Of a DNA stretch of 64,000 bases, positions 22,631 through 30,821 are shown one piece after another (the stretch's first letter is position 1; every line of letters starts with the position of its first letter). The notes under the pieces were generated by a model, which had not been told where the DNA came from, did not search any database, and was given only the letters and a program-made list of their open reading frames with translations. Both the position numbers and the translations under genes were made by a program. This stretch comes from Candidatus Limnocylindria bacterium (lineage in GTDB: Bacteria; Chloroflexota; Limnocylindria; P2-11E), in NCBI GenBank assembly GCA_036523395.1, contig DATDEH010000072.1:8441-72440 (forward strand), in the 5' to 3' direction.

Positions 22631-23610
22631 GACAGAGAGGCCTCGAGCTTCGCGAGCCAGCGGTCCGTCGCGCCGAGGTCGTACTTGTACGGCTCGTCGC
22701 CGCGCAGCAGGTCGTACGTATCGAAGCGCTCCGCGATCGCCTCGCGGATCGCCCAGGCGTGGCTCACGATCCCGATCGACAGTGAGGCGAGCGCGGGATC
22801 GTAGGCCGCGTTGTACAGCGCGAGCGTTCCGCGGTACGCGAACGCGAAGAGCACCGCGGCATCCTGGTCGTGCGCGCGCAGCACGCCGAGACGGAGGCGT
22901 CCCAGCGGGGCAAGCGCGTCGGCGATGTCGCGGAAGAAATGCTCGACGTCCGGTGTCATGAAGTCGGCTTTCTCACCGCGCGAGAGGCGGTGCAGCGAGA
23001 AGAAGCGATCGAGAGTCGCGCCGCGCTCGGCGTCCGTGGCCCACCGGAACGTCGCTTGCGTCGCGTTCTCGAGGCGGCGGATCTTCCGGCGCAGCTCGTG
23101 CCGCTCCTTCTTTCCCAGACTCTGCACGTACGTCTCGAAGTCGCCCGGCAGACCGAGGCGGGGGCTGGTGATCAGCCGTGAGCGCTCGACCCGATAGCGG
23201 CGCGTAGCGAGCACCGAAGCGATGGCCTCGAGCGTTGGCGCGCTTTCCGGGACGAACTCGAGGCGGACGCGCCGCGGCCGCTCGCCGGCGATCCACTCCG
23301 CGACCGCTGTCGCAACTGCGCGCTCCTTGCCGACCGGGGCGACCACGTCCTGTTCATCGGTCAGCTCGCCGCCGGCGAAGCGGAGCGTGCCGTCCATGTC
23401 ACGCGCCAGCGCGGCGATACCGTGCGGCGCGTGGCCCACCGCGAGGGTGATCGCCTCGGCGCTGTCGTGTTCGCGCGCCACCGCCATCCACTCCGGAGTG
23501 AGGAAGATGCTCGCTGGCGATCGCCGCTCGGCGATCTGCGACCACGCTCCGGAGAGCTCGGCGGGGGCGCGCGGGGTACAGCCCGCGTCAGGCCCGGTCG
23601 TGAGGGTCAC
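22627..23610 (-). CDS. GNAT-fold acyltransferase of the Acetyltransf_6 (BioF2-like/CelD/FemAB-like) family
   Basis: 327 aa with a C-terminal DLLRGDEPYKYDLGA signature. GTG start at 23610. Translationally coupled to the downstream GT4 gene. Confidence 0.72.
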   Translation of the reverse strand: MTLTTGPDAGCTPRAPAELSGAWSQIAERRSPASIFLTPEWMAVAREHDSAEAITLAVGHAPHGIAALARDMDGTLRFAGGELTDEQDVVAPVGKERAVATAVAEWIAGERPRRVRLEFVPESAPTLEAIASVLATRRYRVERSRLITSPRLGLPGDFETYVQSLGKKERHELRRKIRRLENATQATFRWATDAERGATLDRFFSLHRLSRGEKADFMTPDVEHFFRDIADALAPLGRLRLGVLRAHDQDAAVLFAFAYRGTLALYNAAYDPALASLSIGIVSHAWAIREAIAERFDTYDLLRGDEPYKYDLGATDRWLAKLEASLS

Positions 23611-23670
23611 GTGCTTCCGAGTCTAGGGGGCACGCAGGAAGAACGTCCGCATCGTACCTATCATTCCCGC

Positions 23671-24831
23671 GTGCCCGAGCGCGACGCGCCGCGGGTCGTG
23701 ATCGCTCCCCAATCGTTCAAAGGCAGTGCCGACGCGGTCGCGGTCGCGAGCGCGATCGCGCGCGGCGTGCGGCGCACATGGCCACGCGCCGTTTGCGTCG
23801 AGCTACCGCTCGCCGATGGGGGAGAGGGGACGACGCTTGCCCTCGTGCGAGCGACCGGTGGTGAGATGCGTGGCGCTCGCGTGCACGATCCGCTCGGACG
23901 CGAGATCGACGCGCAGTGGGGCGTGCTCGGTGACCGCGTCACCGCGGTCCTCGAGATGGCTGCCGCGAGCGGGTTGCCGCTGCTTCGAGTGGTTGAGCGA
24001 GATCCGCGCATCACATCGACGCGCGGCACGGGCGAGCTCATCCTGGCCGCAGCCGCGTCGGGTGCGCAGCGGATCGTGATCGGGATCGGCGGCAGCGCGA
24101 CGAACGACGGCGGCGCGGGCATGGCGCGCGCGTTCGGCTATCGATTCTTCGACGCGCACGGTGCCGAGCTCGCCGAGGGTGGAGGCGCGCTCGTGCATCT
24201 CGCGCGCATCGAGGGACAGACCGATCCACGCCTCATCCGGCCCGCCATCGACGTCGCGTGCGATGTGCGCAATCCGCTGCTCGGTCCCGAGGGCGCCACA
24301 GCGGTCTACGGACCGCAGAAGGGCGCGACGCCGGAGATCCAACGCGCGCTCGAAGCCGCCCTCACGCGGTATGCCGACGTCGTCGAAGCGTTCGTGGGTC
24401 GCGACGTGCGGAGCGTGCCGGGTGCCGGTGCGGCCGGCGGCCTCGGGGCGGGGCTCATCGCGTTCCTCGATGCGCGGCTCGTCTCCGGATCGGCCCTGGT
24501 CCTCGACGCCGTCGGTTTCGATAAGCGTCTCGTCGGAGCGGACCTCGTGATCACCGGCGAGGGCCGGATCGATGGCCAGAGCAGCTACGGCAAGCTCACC
24601 CATGCCGTGACCGTTGCCGCCAAACGCCGCGGCGTCCCCGTCGTCGCGGTCGCGGGGACGGTCGGTCCCGGTCATGAGGCGATGCGTGAAGCCGGCATCG
24701 AGGCCATCGAGACGCTCGCGGGCACGTCGGACGCCGACCGAGATGCCGCGATCCGCTACCCCTTACCACGCATCGAGGACGCGGCCGAGCGACTGGCACG
24801 CGGTCGTGCACCGGCGCGCGGAAGCCGATAG
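23671..24831 (+). CDS. glxK: Glycerate kinase
   Basis: VVIAPQSFKGS...PLADGGEGT...VITGEGRIDGQS are glycerate kinase family signatures. GTG start at 23671. Confidence 0.85.
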   Translation: MPERDAPRVVIAPQSFKGSADAVAVASAIARGVRRTWPRAVCVELPLADGGEGTTLALVRATGGEMRGARVHDPLGREIDAQWGVLGDRVTAVLEMAAASGLPLLRVVERDPRITSTRGTGELILAAAASGAQRIVIGIGGSATNDGGAGMARAFGYRFFDAHGAELAEGGGALVHLARIEGQTDPRLIRPAIDVACDVRNPLLGPEGATAVYGPQKGATPEIQRALEAALTRYADVVEAFVGRDVRSVPGAGAAGGLGAGLIAFLDARLVSGSALVLDAVGFDKRLVGADLVITGEGRIDGQSSYGKLTHAVTVAAKRRGVPVVAVAGTVGPGHEAMREAGIEAIETLAGTSDADRDAAIRYPLPRIEDAAERLARGRAPARGSR

Positions 24832-24841
24832 GGTCTGGCCC

Positions 24842-25831
24842 ATGCTCGGTCCGCCGATCCCCACCGATCGCACTTCCAGCCTCGAGCTCGTGCGCATCAC
24901 CGAAGCGGCGGCGATCTCGGCCGCGCACTGGATGGGACACGGCGACAACGACCGCGCTGACGAAGCTGCGGTCGAGGCGATGCGCAAGGCGATGGATGAG
25001 GTCGCGTTCCACGGGACCGTCGTCATCGGCGAGGGCGAGCGCGACCAGGCACCGATGCTCTACATCGGTGAGAAGGTCGGTCGTGGCGAGGGTCCCGAGG
25101 TCGACATCGCGGTCGACCCGCTCGAGGGGACGAACCCCGTCGCGAAGGGCCGCGCGAACGCGCTCGCGACGATCGCCGTGTCGGAGCCCGGAGGCCTGCT
25201 GCACGCGCCGGACACCTATATGGACAAGCTCGTGGTGGGAAAACCTGCGGCAGGGAAGGTCGATCTCGACCGCCCGGTCGCGGAGAACCTCAAGATCATC
25301 GCGAAGTCGCTGAATCGCGATGTCGACGACCTCACCGTCGTCGTACTCGACCGACCGCGTCACGCACAGCTCATCGCGCAGCTGCGCGCGGCCGGATCGC
25401 GCATCAAGCTCATCGAGGACGGCGATCTCATGGCGGCGATCTCGGTGGCCGTGGCGGGCACCGGTGTGCACGCCGTGATGGGCATCGGCGGCGCACCCGA
25501 GGGCGTGCTCGCAGCGGCAGCTCTGAAGTGCCTCGGTGCGGAGATCCTCGGCCGTCTCAAGTTCCGCAGCGACGAGGAGCGCGAGCGCGCGAAGAAGATG
25601 GGCGTCGTCGACGACGGGCGCGTGTACCGGACCGACGATCTTGCGAGCGGACGCGATGTGCGATTCGTCGCGACGGGTGTCACCGACGGCGATCTTCTGC
25701 AGGGCGTTCGTTTCTTCGCCGGTGGCGCGCGGACCCACTCGGTGCTGATGGATCGCCGGCTCGGGAAGCTCCGCTTCATCGACTCGACGCACTTCGAGGA
25801 CCCGGCGAATCCACCCGTCGTCCGGCTCTAG
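24842..25831 (+). CDS. glpX: Class II fructose-1,6-bisphosphatase (GlpX)
   Basis: ATG at 24842 (MLGPPIPT...). Contains RITEAAAISAAHWMGHGD...DIAVDPLEGT...GIGGAPEGV. Confidence 0.9.
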   Translation: MLGPPIPTDRTSSLELVRITEAAAISAAHWMGHGDNDRADEAAVEAMRKAMDEVAFHGTVVIGEGERDQAPMLYIGEKVGRGEGPEVDIAVDPLEGTNPVAKGRANALATIAVSEPGGLLHAPDTYMDKLVVGKPAAGKVDLDRPVAENLKIIAKSLNRDVDDLTVVVLDRPRHAQLIAQLRAAGSRIKLIEDGDLMAAISVAVAGTGVHAVMGIGGAPEGVLAAAALKCLGAEILGRLKFRSDEERERAKKMGVVDDGRVYRTDDLASGRDVRFVATGVTDGDLLQGVRFFAGGARTHSVLMDRRLGKLRFIDSTHFEDPANPPVVRL

Positions 25832-25905
25832 CGACACGCGGGCGCTAGAACGTACTGTCGATCTACAGTTGACGTCCGCGCGCGACGGGCGTAGCGTCTG
25901 GCGCC

Positions 25906-27300
25906 GTGCCCACGCGCACCCGTCGGCATCGCGCGGCCCCGGACTCTCCAGCACTGCGCCAGCTCGGTCAGCGCCTTCGTGAGGCACGCGTCGCGGCGGG
26001 GTTGAGCCAGGCTCAGCTGGGGTCCCCGTATTACACGCGTGCCCACGTGAGCGCGATCGAGCTCGGGAAGATCCATCCCGCGATGAAATCCCTCGAGCAC
26101 ATGGCCGCGAAGCTTGGGAAGGCGGCCTCCTACTTCGTGGAAGACGCCGCGGTCGCACGTTCTCGTCGCGAGCAGGAATTCGACGTCGATCGCACGATCG
26201 CTCTCGCGTCGCGGATGACCGCCGCGGACTGCATCAGGCAGGCCGATGAGCTTCTCGAACGCGATGCGCTTTCGACGAATCAACGCAGCCGCCTTCACCT
26301 CGCGCGCGCGCGGGCCTTGAATCTGACTGAGCGGCCGAGTGGGGCCCTTCGAGATCTGACGATCGCGCAGCGCCTCGCCGCGCAGCTCAAGGACCCAGGG
26401 TTAGCGCACACCATCGACTACGAGCTCGGGGCCGCGACACGCGGGACCGGAGACTCATTGCGCGCACGGGACCTCTTCCTCGCCCTGCTCGGAACCCTCG
26501 AACGGAGCAACGATCGGGATCGCCTCCTACGGATACGCGTGCTGCAAGCACTCGGGGCAGTTTGCGTCGATCTCGGTGAGCCTCAAGCAGCGGCTGGCTA
26601 CCTCAATTCCGCACTCGAGTGGGCTCAGGACGTCGGCGACCTCAGCGCGTTGTTCGCGATCTACTACGCCTTAGCCGTGTCGCATCGTGCTCAGGGCGAT
26701 CTCGAGATCGCGACCACGTATCTGCAACGCGCTCTCGCGGCAAGCGAGGTGGCCAGGGATCTGACAGCGACCGCGATCGTCCACAACATGCTGGCTGTGA
26801 TCGCTGCCGACGGCGGTCGGGTTCAGGCCGCGTATGAGCATGCCGACCGCGCGATCGACCTCGGTCGGATGGCCGGACCGATCGTGTACGTCGCGCATTA
26901 CCTGAACACAAAGTCCGAGTGCGCTGCCAAGCTGGGTGATTGGACGACGGCCGAGCACGCCGCACGGGAGTCACTGGCCCTCGGGAAGACGGCCGAGAAT
27001 CAGGTGGCGGCTGCGGCCGGTCACGTCGCGCTCTCACAAGTGTTCGAGCATCGCGGCGAAGGTGAGGTGGCAACTCGCGAACTCCTACAAGCGGCCGACA
27101 TATACCGCAGCCTCGGCTCGAAGGCGGAGCTCGCAGACGTGCTCATGAGGCTCAGCCGCGCCGCTAAGGCACGCGGCGATCTCGTCGAGGCGGAGCGTTT
27201 CGCGACGCTGGCGTTCGAGGCGACCCGCTCGATAAGCACGTTCGTGGATGCGGCTAGCCGCCCGCCGTCTGCGCCTCCGCGGCGGTCAGCACATTCCTGA
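25906..27300 (+). CDS. XRE-family HTH + TPR-repeat transcriptional regulator, paralogue of 13769-15082
   Basis: HTH_XRE (LGQRLREARVAAGLSQAQLG...VSAIELGKIHPAMKSLEHMAAKLGKAASYF) followed by TPR-like repeats. Same architecture as the first regulator. No adjacent small ORF was seen. Confidence 0.75.
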   Translation: MPTRTRRHRAAPDSPALRQLGQRLREARVAAGLSQAQLGSPYYTRAHVSAIELGKIHPAMKSLEHMAAKLGKAASYFVEDAAVARSRREQEFDVDRTIALASRMTAADCIRQADELLERDALSTNQRSRLHLARARALNLTERPSGALRDLTIAQRLAAQLKDPGLAHTIDYELGAATRGTGDSLRARDLFLALLGTLERSNDRDRLLRIRVLQALGAVCVDLGEPQAAAGYLNSALEWAQDVGDLSALFAIYYALAVSHRAQGDLEIATTYLQRALAASEVARDLTATAIVHNMLAVIAADGGRVQAAYEHADRAIDLGRMAGPIVYVAHYLNTKSECAAKLGDWTTAEHAARESLALGKTAENQVAAAAGHVALSQVFEHRGEGEVATRELLQAADIYRSLGSKAELADVLMRLSRAAKARGDLVEAERFATLAFEATRSISTFVDAASRPPSAPPRRSAHS

Positions 27301-28102
27301 GTAGCAGAGCGGTCGTCACGGTCCCGACGCCTCCGGGCACGGGGCTGAGCGCTCCCGCGACGCTCGCGACGCTATCGACGTCGACGTCGCCGGCGAGACC
27401 AGCGGGTGTCATGTTGATGCCCGCGTCGATGACGGTCGCACCGGGCGCGACCATGTCGCCCGTCAGGAATCCCGCCCGCCCGACGGCGACGACGATCACG
27501 GACGCGCGGCGTGTCAGAGCGCCGACGTCGCCAGTGCGCCTGTGCGCGACGGTCACCGTCGCGTCCTCGTTCAGGAGGAGCGCCGCGGCCGGACGGCCGA
27601 CGACAGTGCTGCGCCCGACGACCACCACATTCGCACCGCTCAGTCGTATCTCGTGGAACTTGAGAAGCTCGACGATCGCCTCTGCGGTCGACGGGACGAA
27701 ACGCGGACGGCCATCGAACAGCAGACCGACGCTGTGCGGGCTCACGCCCTCGACGTCCTTCGTTGGCGCGATGTGATCCACGAGATGGCCCTCGTCGAGT
27801 TTTCCCGGCAGCGGCGTCAACAGCAGGACGCCGTGGATCACAGGATCGCGACTCGCGCGCTCCAGCTCGGCGACCACCGCGGCTTCGGTCGCATCGCGAC
27901 CGAGCGAGACGTCGCGCACGACAATGCCGAGGCTCTTTCCGCCGGACACGAGTCGCTGCAGATACGTGTTCGCGGCGGGGTCGACGCCGGCCGAGATCGT
28001 GGCCAGCGCCGGATGGACGCCGCGGCCCCGCAGTGTGTCGGATCGTTCGTGCGAGCGCGCGTTCAACTGCTCCGCGAGCGGTCGCCCGTGCAGCAGTCGC
28101 AT
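27254..28102 (-). CDS. folD: Bifunctional methylene-THF dehydrogenase / methenyl-THF cyclohydrolase
   Basis: ATG at 28102 (MRLLHGRPLAEQL...). Contains GKSLGIVVRDVSLGRD...VVVGRSTVVGRPAAALL...PVPGGVGTVT. The 3' end overlaps the convergent regulator gene by 47 bp. Confidence 0.85.
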   Translation of the reverse strand: MRLLHGRPLAEQLNARSHERSDTLRGRGVHPALATISAGVDPAANTYLQRLVSGGKSLGIVVRDVSLGRDATEAAVVAELERASRDPVIHGVLLLTPLPGKLDEGHLVDHIAPTKDVEGVSPHSVGLLFDGRPRFVPSTAEAIVELLKFHEIRLSGANVVVVGRSTVVGRPAAALLLNEDATVTVAHRRTGDVGALTRRASVIVVAVGRAGFLTGDMVAPGATVIDAGINMTPAGLAGDVDVDSVASVAGALSPVPGGVGTVTTALLLRNVLTAAEAQTAGG

Positions 28103-28728
28103 CAGCGCGCGATGCGCGTCTCGACGAAATCCGTGATCCGTTTGCGCTGTGCTTCGGCGCCGTCGAGCGCGCGATCGAGGTCCTCCGACAGTGCCTTGAC
28201 CTGCGCGGGATCTTTCACCGACGCGAGGTTGATCATCACGTTCAGCGACGCACCGCGCAGCGCCGCCTCGGCCATGAGTGCGCCGACCCCGATGTCGCTC
28301 GCGGTCGCCGGTGTCGCCTTGGCGATACCGCGCTCGCACGCGTCGAGCAGTCGCCGGCTCGTCTTCGCGACCTCGAGCGGAACGCGTGAGGCCGCGAGCA
28401 AAGCCGACTGGAGGCGCTCGGTCCGCTCGCGTTTCTCGTCGTCATTCGACTTCGGCAGCTTCAACGCTTCCGCGACGCCGCTGTACGCCGCGCTGTCGTC
28501 GTCCACCAGACGGAGGAAGTCGGCGCGCAGGTTCTCCATCTCGGCGACGTAATCAGCGAACCATCCATCTTCGGACTTCTTGGCTGCGATGCGGGCGACC
28601 ATCGCCGCGAGTGCCGCTCCGAGGGCGCCCGCGTATGCTGCGGCGCTGCCTCCACCGGGGACCGGAGCATCGGAGGACAGATCGTCCGTGAACGCGCGTA
28701 AGGTCCGGTCAACGAGCCGTTTGGTCAT
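28102..28728 (-). CDS. Formiminotransferase-cyclodeaminase / methenyl-THF cyclohydrolase-like (FTCD_C) protein
   Basis: 208 aa containing GGGSAAAYAGALGAALAAMVARIAAKK, typical of the cyclodeaminase domain. Translationally coupled to folD. Confidence 0.72.
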   Translation of the reverse strand: MTKRLVDRTLRAFTDDLSSDAPVPGGGSAAAYAGALGAALAAMVARIAAKKSEDGWFADYVAEMENLRADFLRLVDDDSAAYSGVAEALKLPKSNDDEKRERTERLQSALLAASRVPLEVAKTSRRLLDACERGIAKATPATASDIGVGALMAEAALRGASLNVMINLASVKDPAQVKALSEDLDRALDGAEAQRKRITDFVETRIAR

Positions 28729-28782
28729 GGGAACGGCGAGAGTGTACGTGTTACGATTCGACGAAAGTTCAGACGCGATTCC

Positions 28783-28919
28783 TTTTTCATCCAGAAGAGG
28801 CTGAGGGAACGGCCCGATGACGCCTCGGCAACCAGCGGAGGCCCGCTACGGTGCCAACTCCGGCCCTGAAGATCAGGGAAAGATGAGAGAGGGTCGACCC
28901 GCAAGGGCGACTTCTCTTG
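28783..28919 (+). ncRNA. SAM-I (S-box) riboswitch with an intrinsic terminator, leader of metF
   Basis: Matches S-box cores. P1 is UUUUUCAUC (28783-28791) paired with GAUGAGAGA (28883-28891). Core motifs GAGGGA-ACGGCCCGAUGA-CGCC-UCGGCAACC, GGUGCCAACUCC and AAAGAUGAGAGA are present. The terminator is GUCGACCC-GCAA-GGGCGAC (28894-28912) followed by UUCUCUU. Confidence 0.85.
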
Positions 28920-28941
28920 AGATGGAGAGGTCGTTCTTCAT

Positions 28942-29862
28942 TTGAGCAACCTGGCAGCGCTCCTCCGGCAGGGCGAGTTCGTCGTGACCGCCGAACTCAA
29001 CCCGCCCAAGAGCGCATCCGGGACCGCCGTGAAGCGTCGGGCGGCCATCCTGAGGGGCACCGTCGACGCGGTCAATGTCACCGACAGCAACCGCAGCGTC
29101 GTGGCGATGGCCGCGATCCCGGCCGCGTTGCTGGTTCGCGAGGCCGGCGTTGAGCCGGTCGTCCAGATCACGGGACGCGACCGGAACCGGATCGCCCTCC
29201 AGGCGGACCTGCTCGGTGCCGCCGCGCTCGGTCTCGCGAATTTCCTGTTCATGAGCGGCGACGACCCAAAGCACGGGAATCACCCGGACGCCGTGCACGT
29301 CAAGGATCTCGACGGCGTTGGCCTGGTGAAGATGGCGGTCGGCATGCGGGACGACCATAGGTTCCTCTCGGGCGACGAGATAAGGCAGGCACCCGAGTAC
29401 TTCATCGGCGCGACGGCATCGCCGTTCACCAAGCCGATGTCGGCCGATCTCGAGCGCACCGTGGAGAAGATCAACTCGGGCGCGGACTTCCTGCAGACGC
29501 AGCCGGTGTTCGATCTCGCGACGTTCAGTCAATGGCTCGCCGAGCTGCGGCGCATCGGCGGCGGGCGCCAGGCGTCCGTCATCGCCGGAGTCCTCGTGCT
29601 TCGCTCCGCCGAGCAGGCCGAGCGTGTCGCACGCGTGCCCGGCGTCGCTCTCGGACAGGATGTCGTCGATCGGCTCAAGAAAGCGCCCGACGCGGAGCAG
29701 GAGGGCATCGCGATGGCAGTCGAGATGTCGAAGTCGCTGCGGGCCCTCCCCGGTGTTCACGGCGTGCATCTGTACTCGATCGAATGGCCCGAAGCCGTTC
29801 CATTGGTGGCGGAGCGCGCGGGCCTCTTGCCACGACCGAAGGTAAAGGAGTCGAACTCATGA
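28942..29862 (+). CDS. metF: 5,10-methylenetetrahydrofolate reductase
   Basis: TTG start (MSNLAALLRQGEFVVTAELNPPKS). MTHFR TIM-barrel motifs are present. ATGA overlap with the next gene. Confidence 0.85.
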   Translation: MSNLAALLRQGEFVVTAELNPPKSASGTAVKRRAAILRGTVDAVNVTDSNRSVVAMAAIPAALLVREAGVEPVVQITGRDRNRIALQADLLGAAALGLANFLFMSGDDPKHGNHPDAVHVKDLDGVGLVKMAVGMRDDHRFLSGDEIRQAPEYFIGATASPFTKPMSADLERTVEKINSGADFLQTQPVFDLATFSQWLAELRRIGGGRQASVIAGVLVLRSAEQAERVARVPGVALGQDVVDRLKKAPDAEQEGIAMAVEMSKSLRALPGVHGVHLYSIEWPEAVPLVAERAGLLPRPKVKESNS

Positions 29863-30821
29863 AGACGACCGTGATCGGCGCGTATCCCAAGATCTCTGAC
29901 GAGCACCAGGACCTGCGCCGCGCGCTGCACCGTTACGACCGCGGGGAGCTCGACGCTGACGGACTCTCCGCCGTGCTCGACGAGAGCACGCGGTGGGCGA
30001 TCGGCGAGCTCAACTGGGCAGGCATCGACGTGATCAATGACGGACAGATCCGCTGGGACGACCTGCTCGCTCCGTTCGCGCGCGCCTGGAACGGGTGCGA
30101 TCGCGGAGCGCTCGAGCGCTTCTACGACAACAACACCTACTTCAGGCAGCCGGTCATCACCGGACCGATCACGACCGACGGCAAGACGCTCGTGCGCGAT
30201 TTCGAATTCGCGCGCCGCGAGGCTCGGGGTGAGCTGAAGGCGGCGGTCTGCGGCCCGCTGACATTCGCGACGCTCTCAGAGGACAGCCACTACAAATCGC
30301 TCGAGGAGCGCACGCTCGCCGTCGCCGATGCGATCGCGGCGGAGATCCGCGGGCTGGGGGCGGCGGGCGCGACCCTTGTTGATGTCGAGGAGCCGGCGCT
30401 CGTCGCGCACCCCGAGCACTTCGCTATCGCCCGCGCGGCCATCGAGCGTCTCGCGGCGGCCGGCGTGCCACTCGCGCTCCAGACCTACTTCTTCCCGGCC
30501 GATCCGCTTCTCGATGCGCTCGCGGCGTTTCCCATCGCCCAGGTCGGCATCGACGTGCGAAGCCGCGACACGCGTGTTCTCGAGAAGCTCACCGGGCTTC
30601 GCCAGACCGTGGTCCTCGGCATCGTCGACGCGCGCAACACGCGCGTGGAGACGGAACGGGAGCTCGTCGGTCTCATCGAGGCGGCTCTCAGGCGGATCCC
30701 GGCCGAATACCTCTGGCTCGCCCCGACGACGGGGCTCGAATACCTGCCGCACGACGTCGCGGTGGAAAAACTGAAGGCGCTGGTCTCGGCTGTGCACGCG
30801 ACCGGAGGGGTGAAAGCATGA
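29859..30821 (+). CDS. MetE N-terminal-like (UROD/MetE-fold) domain protein, no Zn ligands
   Basis: 320 aa (MKTTVIGAYPKI...) with MetE-like fold signatures but no His/Cys/Cys zinc triad. Translationally coupled to the catalytic half (ATGA at 30818). Confidence 0.75.
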   Translation: MKTTVIGAYPKISDEHQDLRRALHRYDRGELDADGLSAVLDESTRWAIGELNWAGIDVINDGQIRWDDLLAPFARAWNGCDRGALERFYDNNTYFRQPVITGPITTDGKTLVRDFEFARREARGELKAAVCGPLTFATLSEDSHYKSLEERTLAVADAIAAEIRGLGAAGATLVDVEEPALVAHPEHFAIARAAIERLAAAGVPLALQTYFFPADPLLDALAAFPIAQVGIDVRSRDTRVLEKLTGLRQTVVLGIVDARNTRVETERELVGLIEAALRRIPAEYLWLAPTTGLEYLPHDVAVEKLKALVSAVHATGGVKA

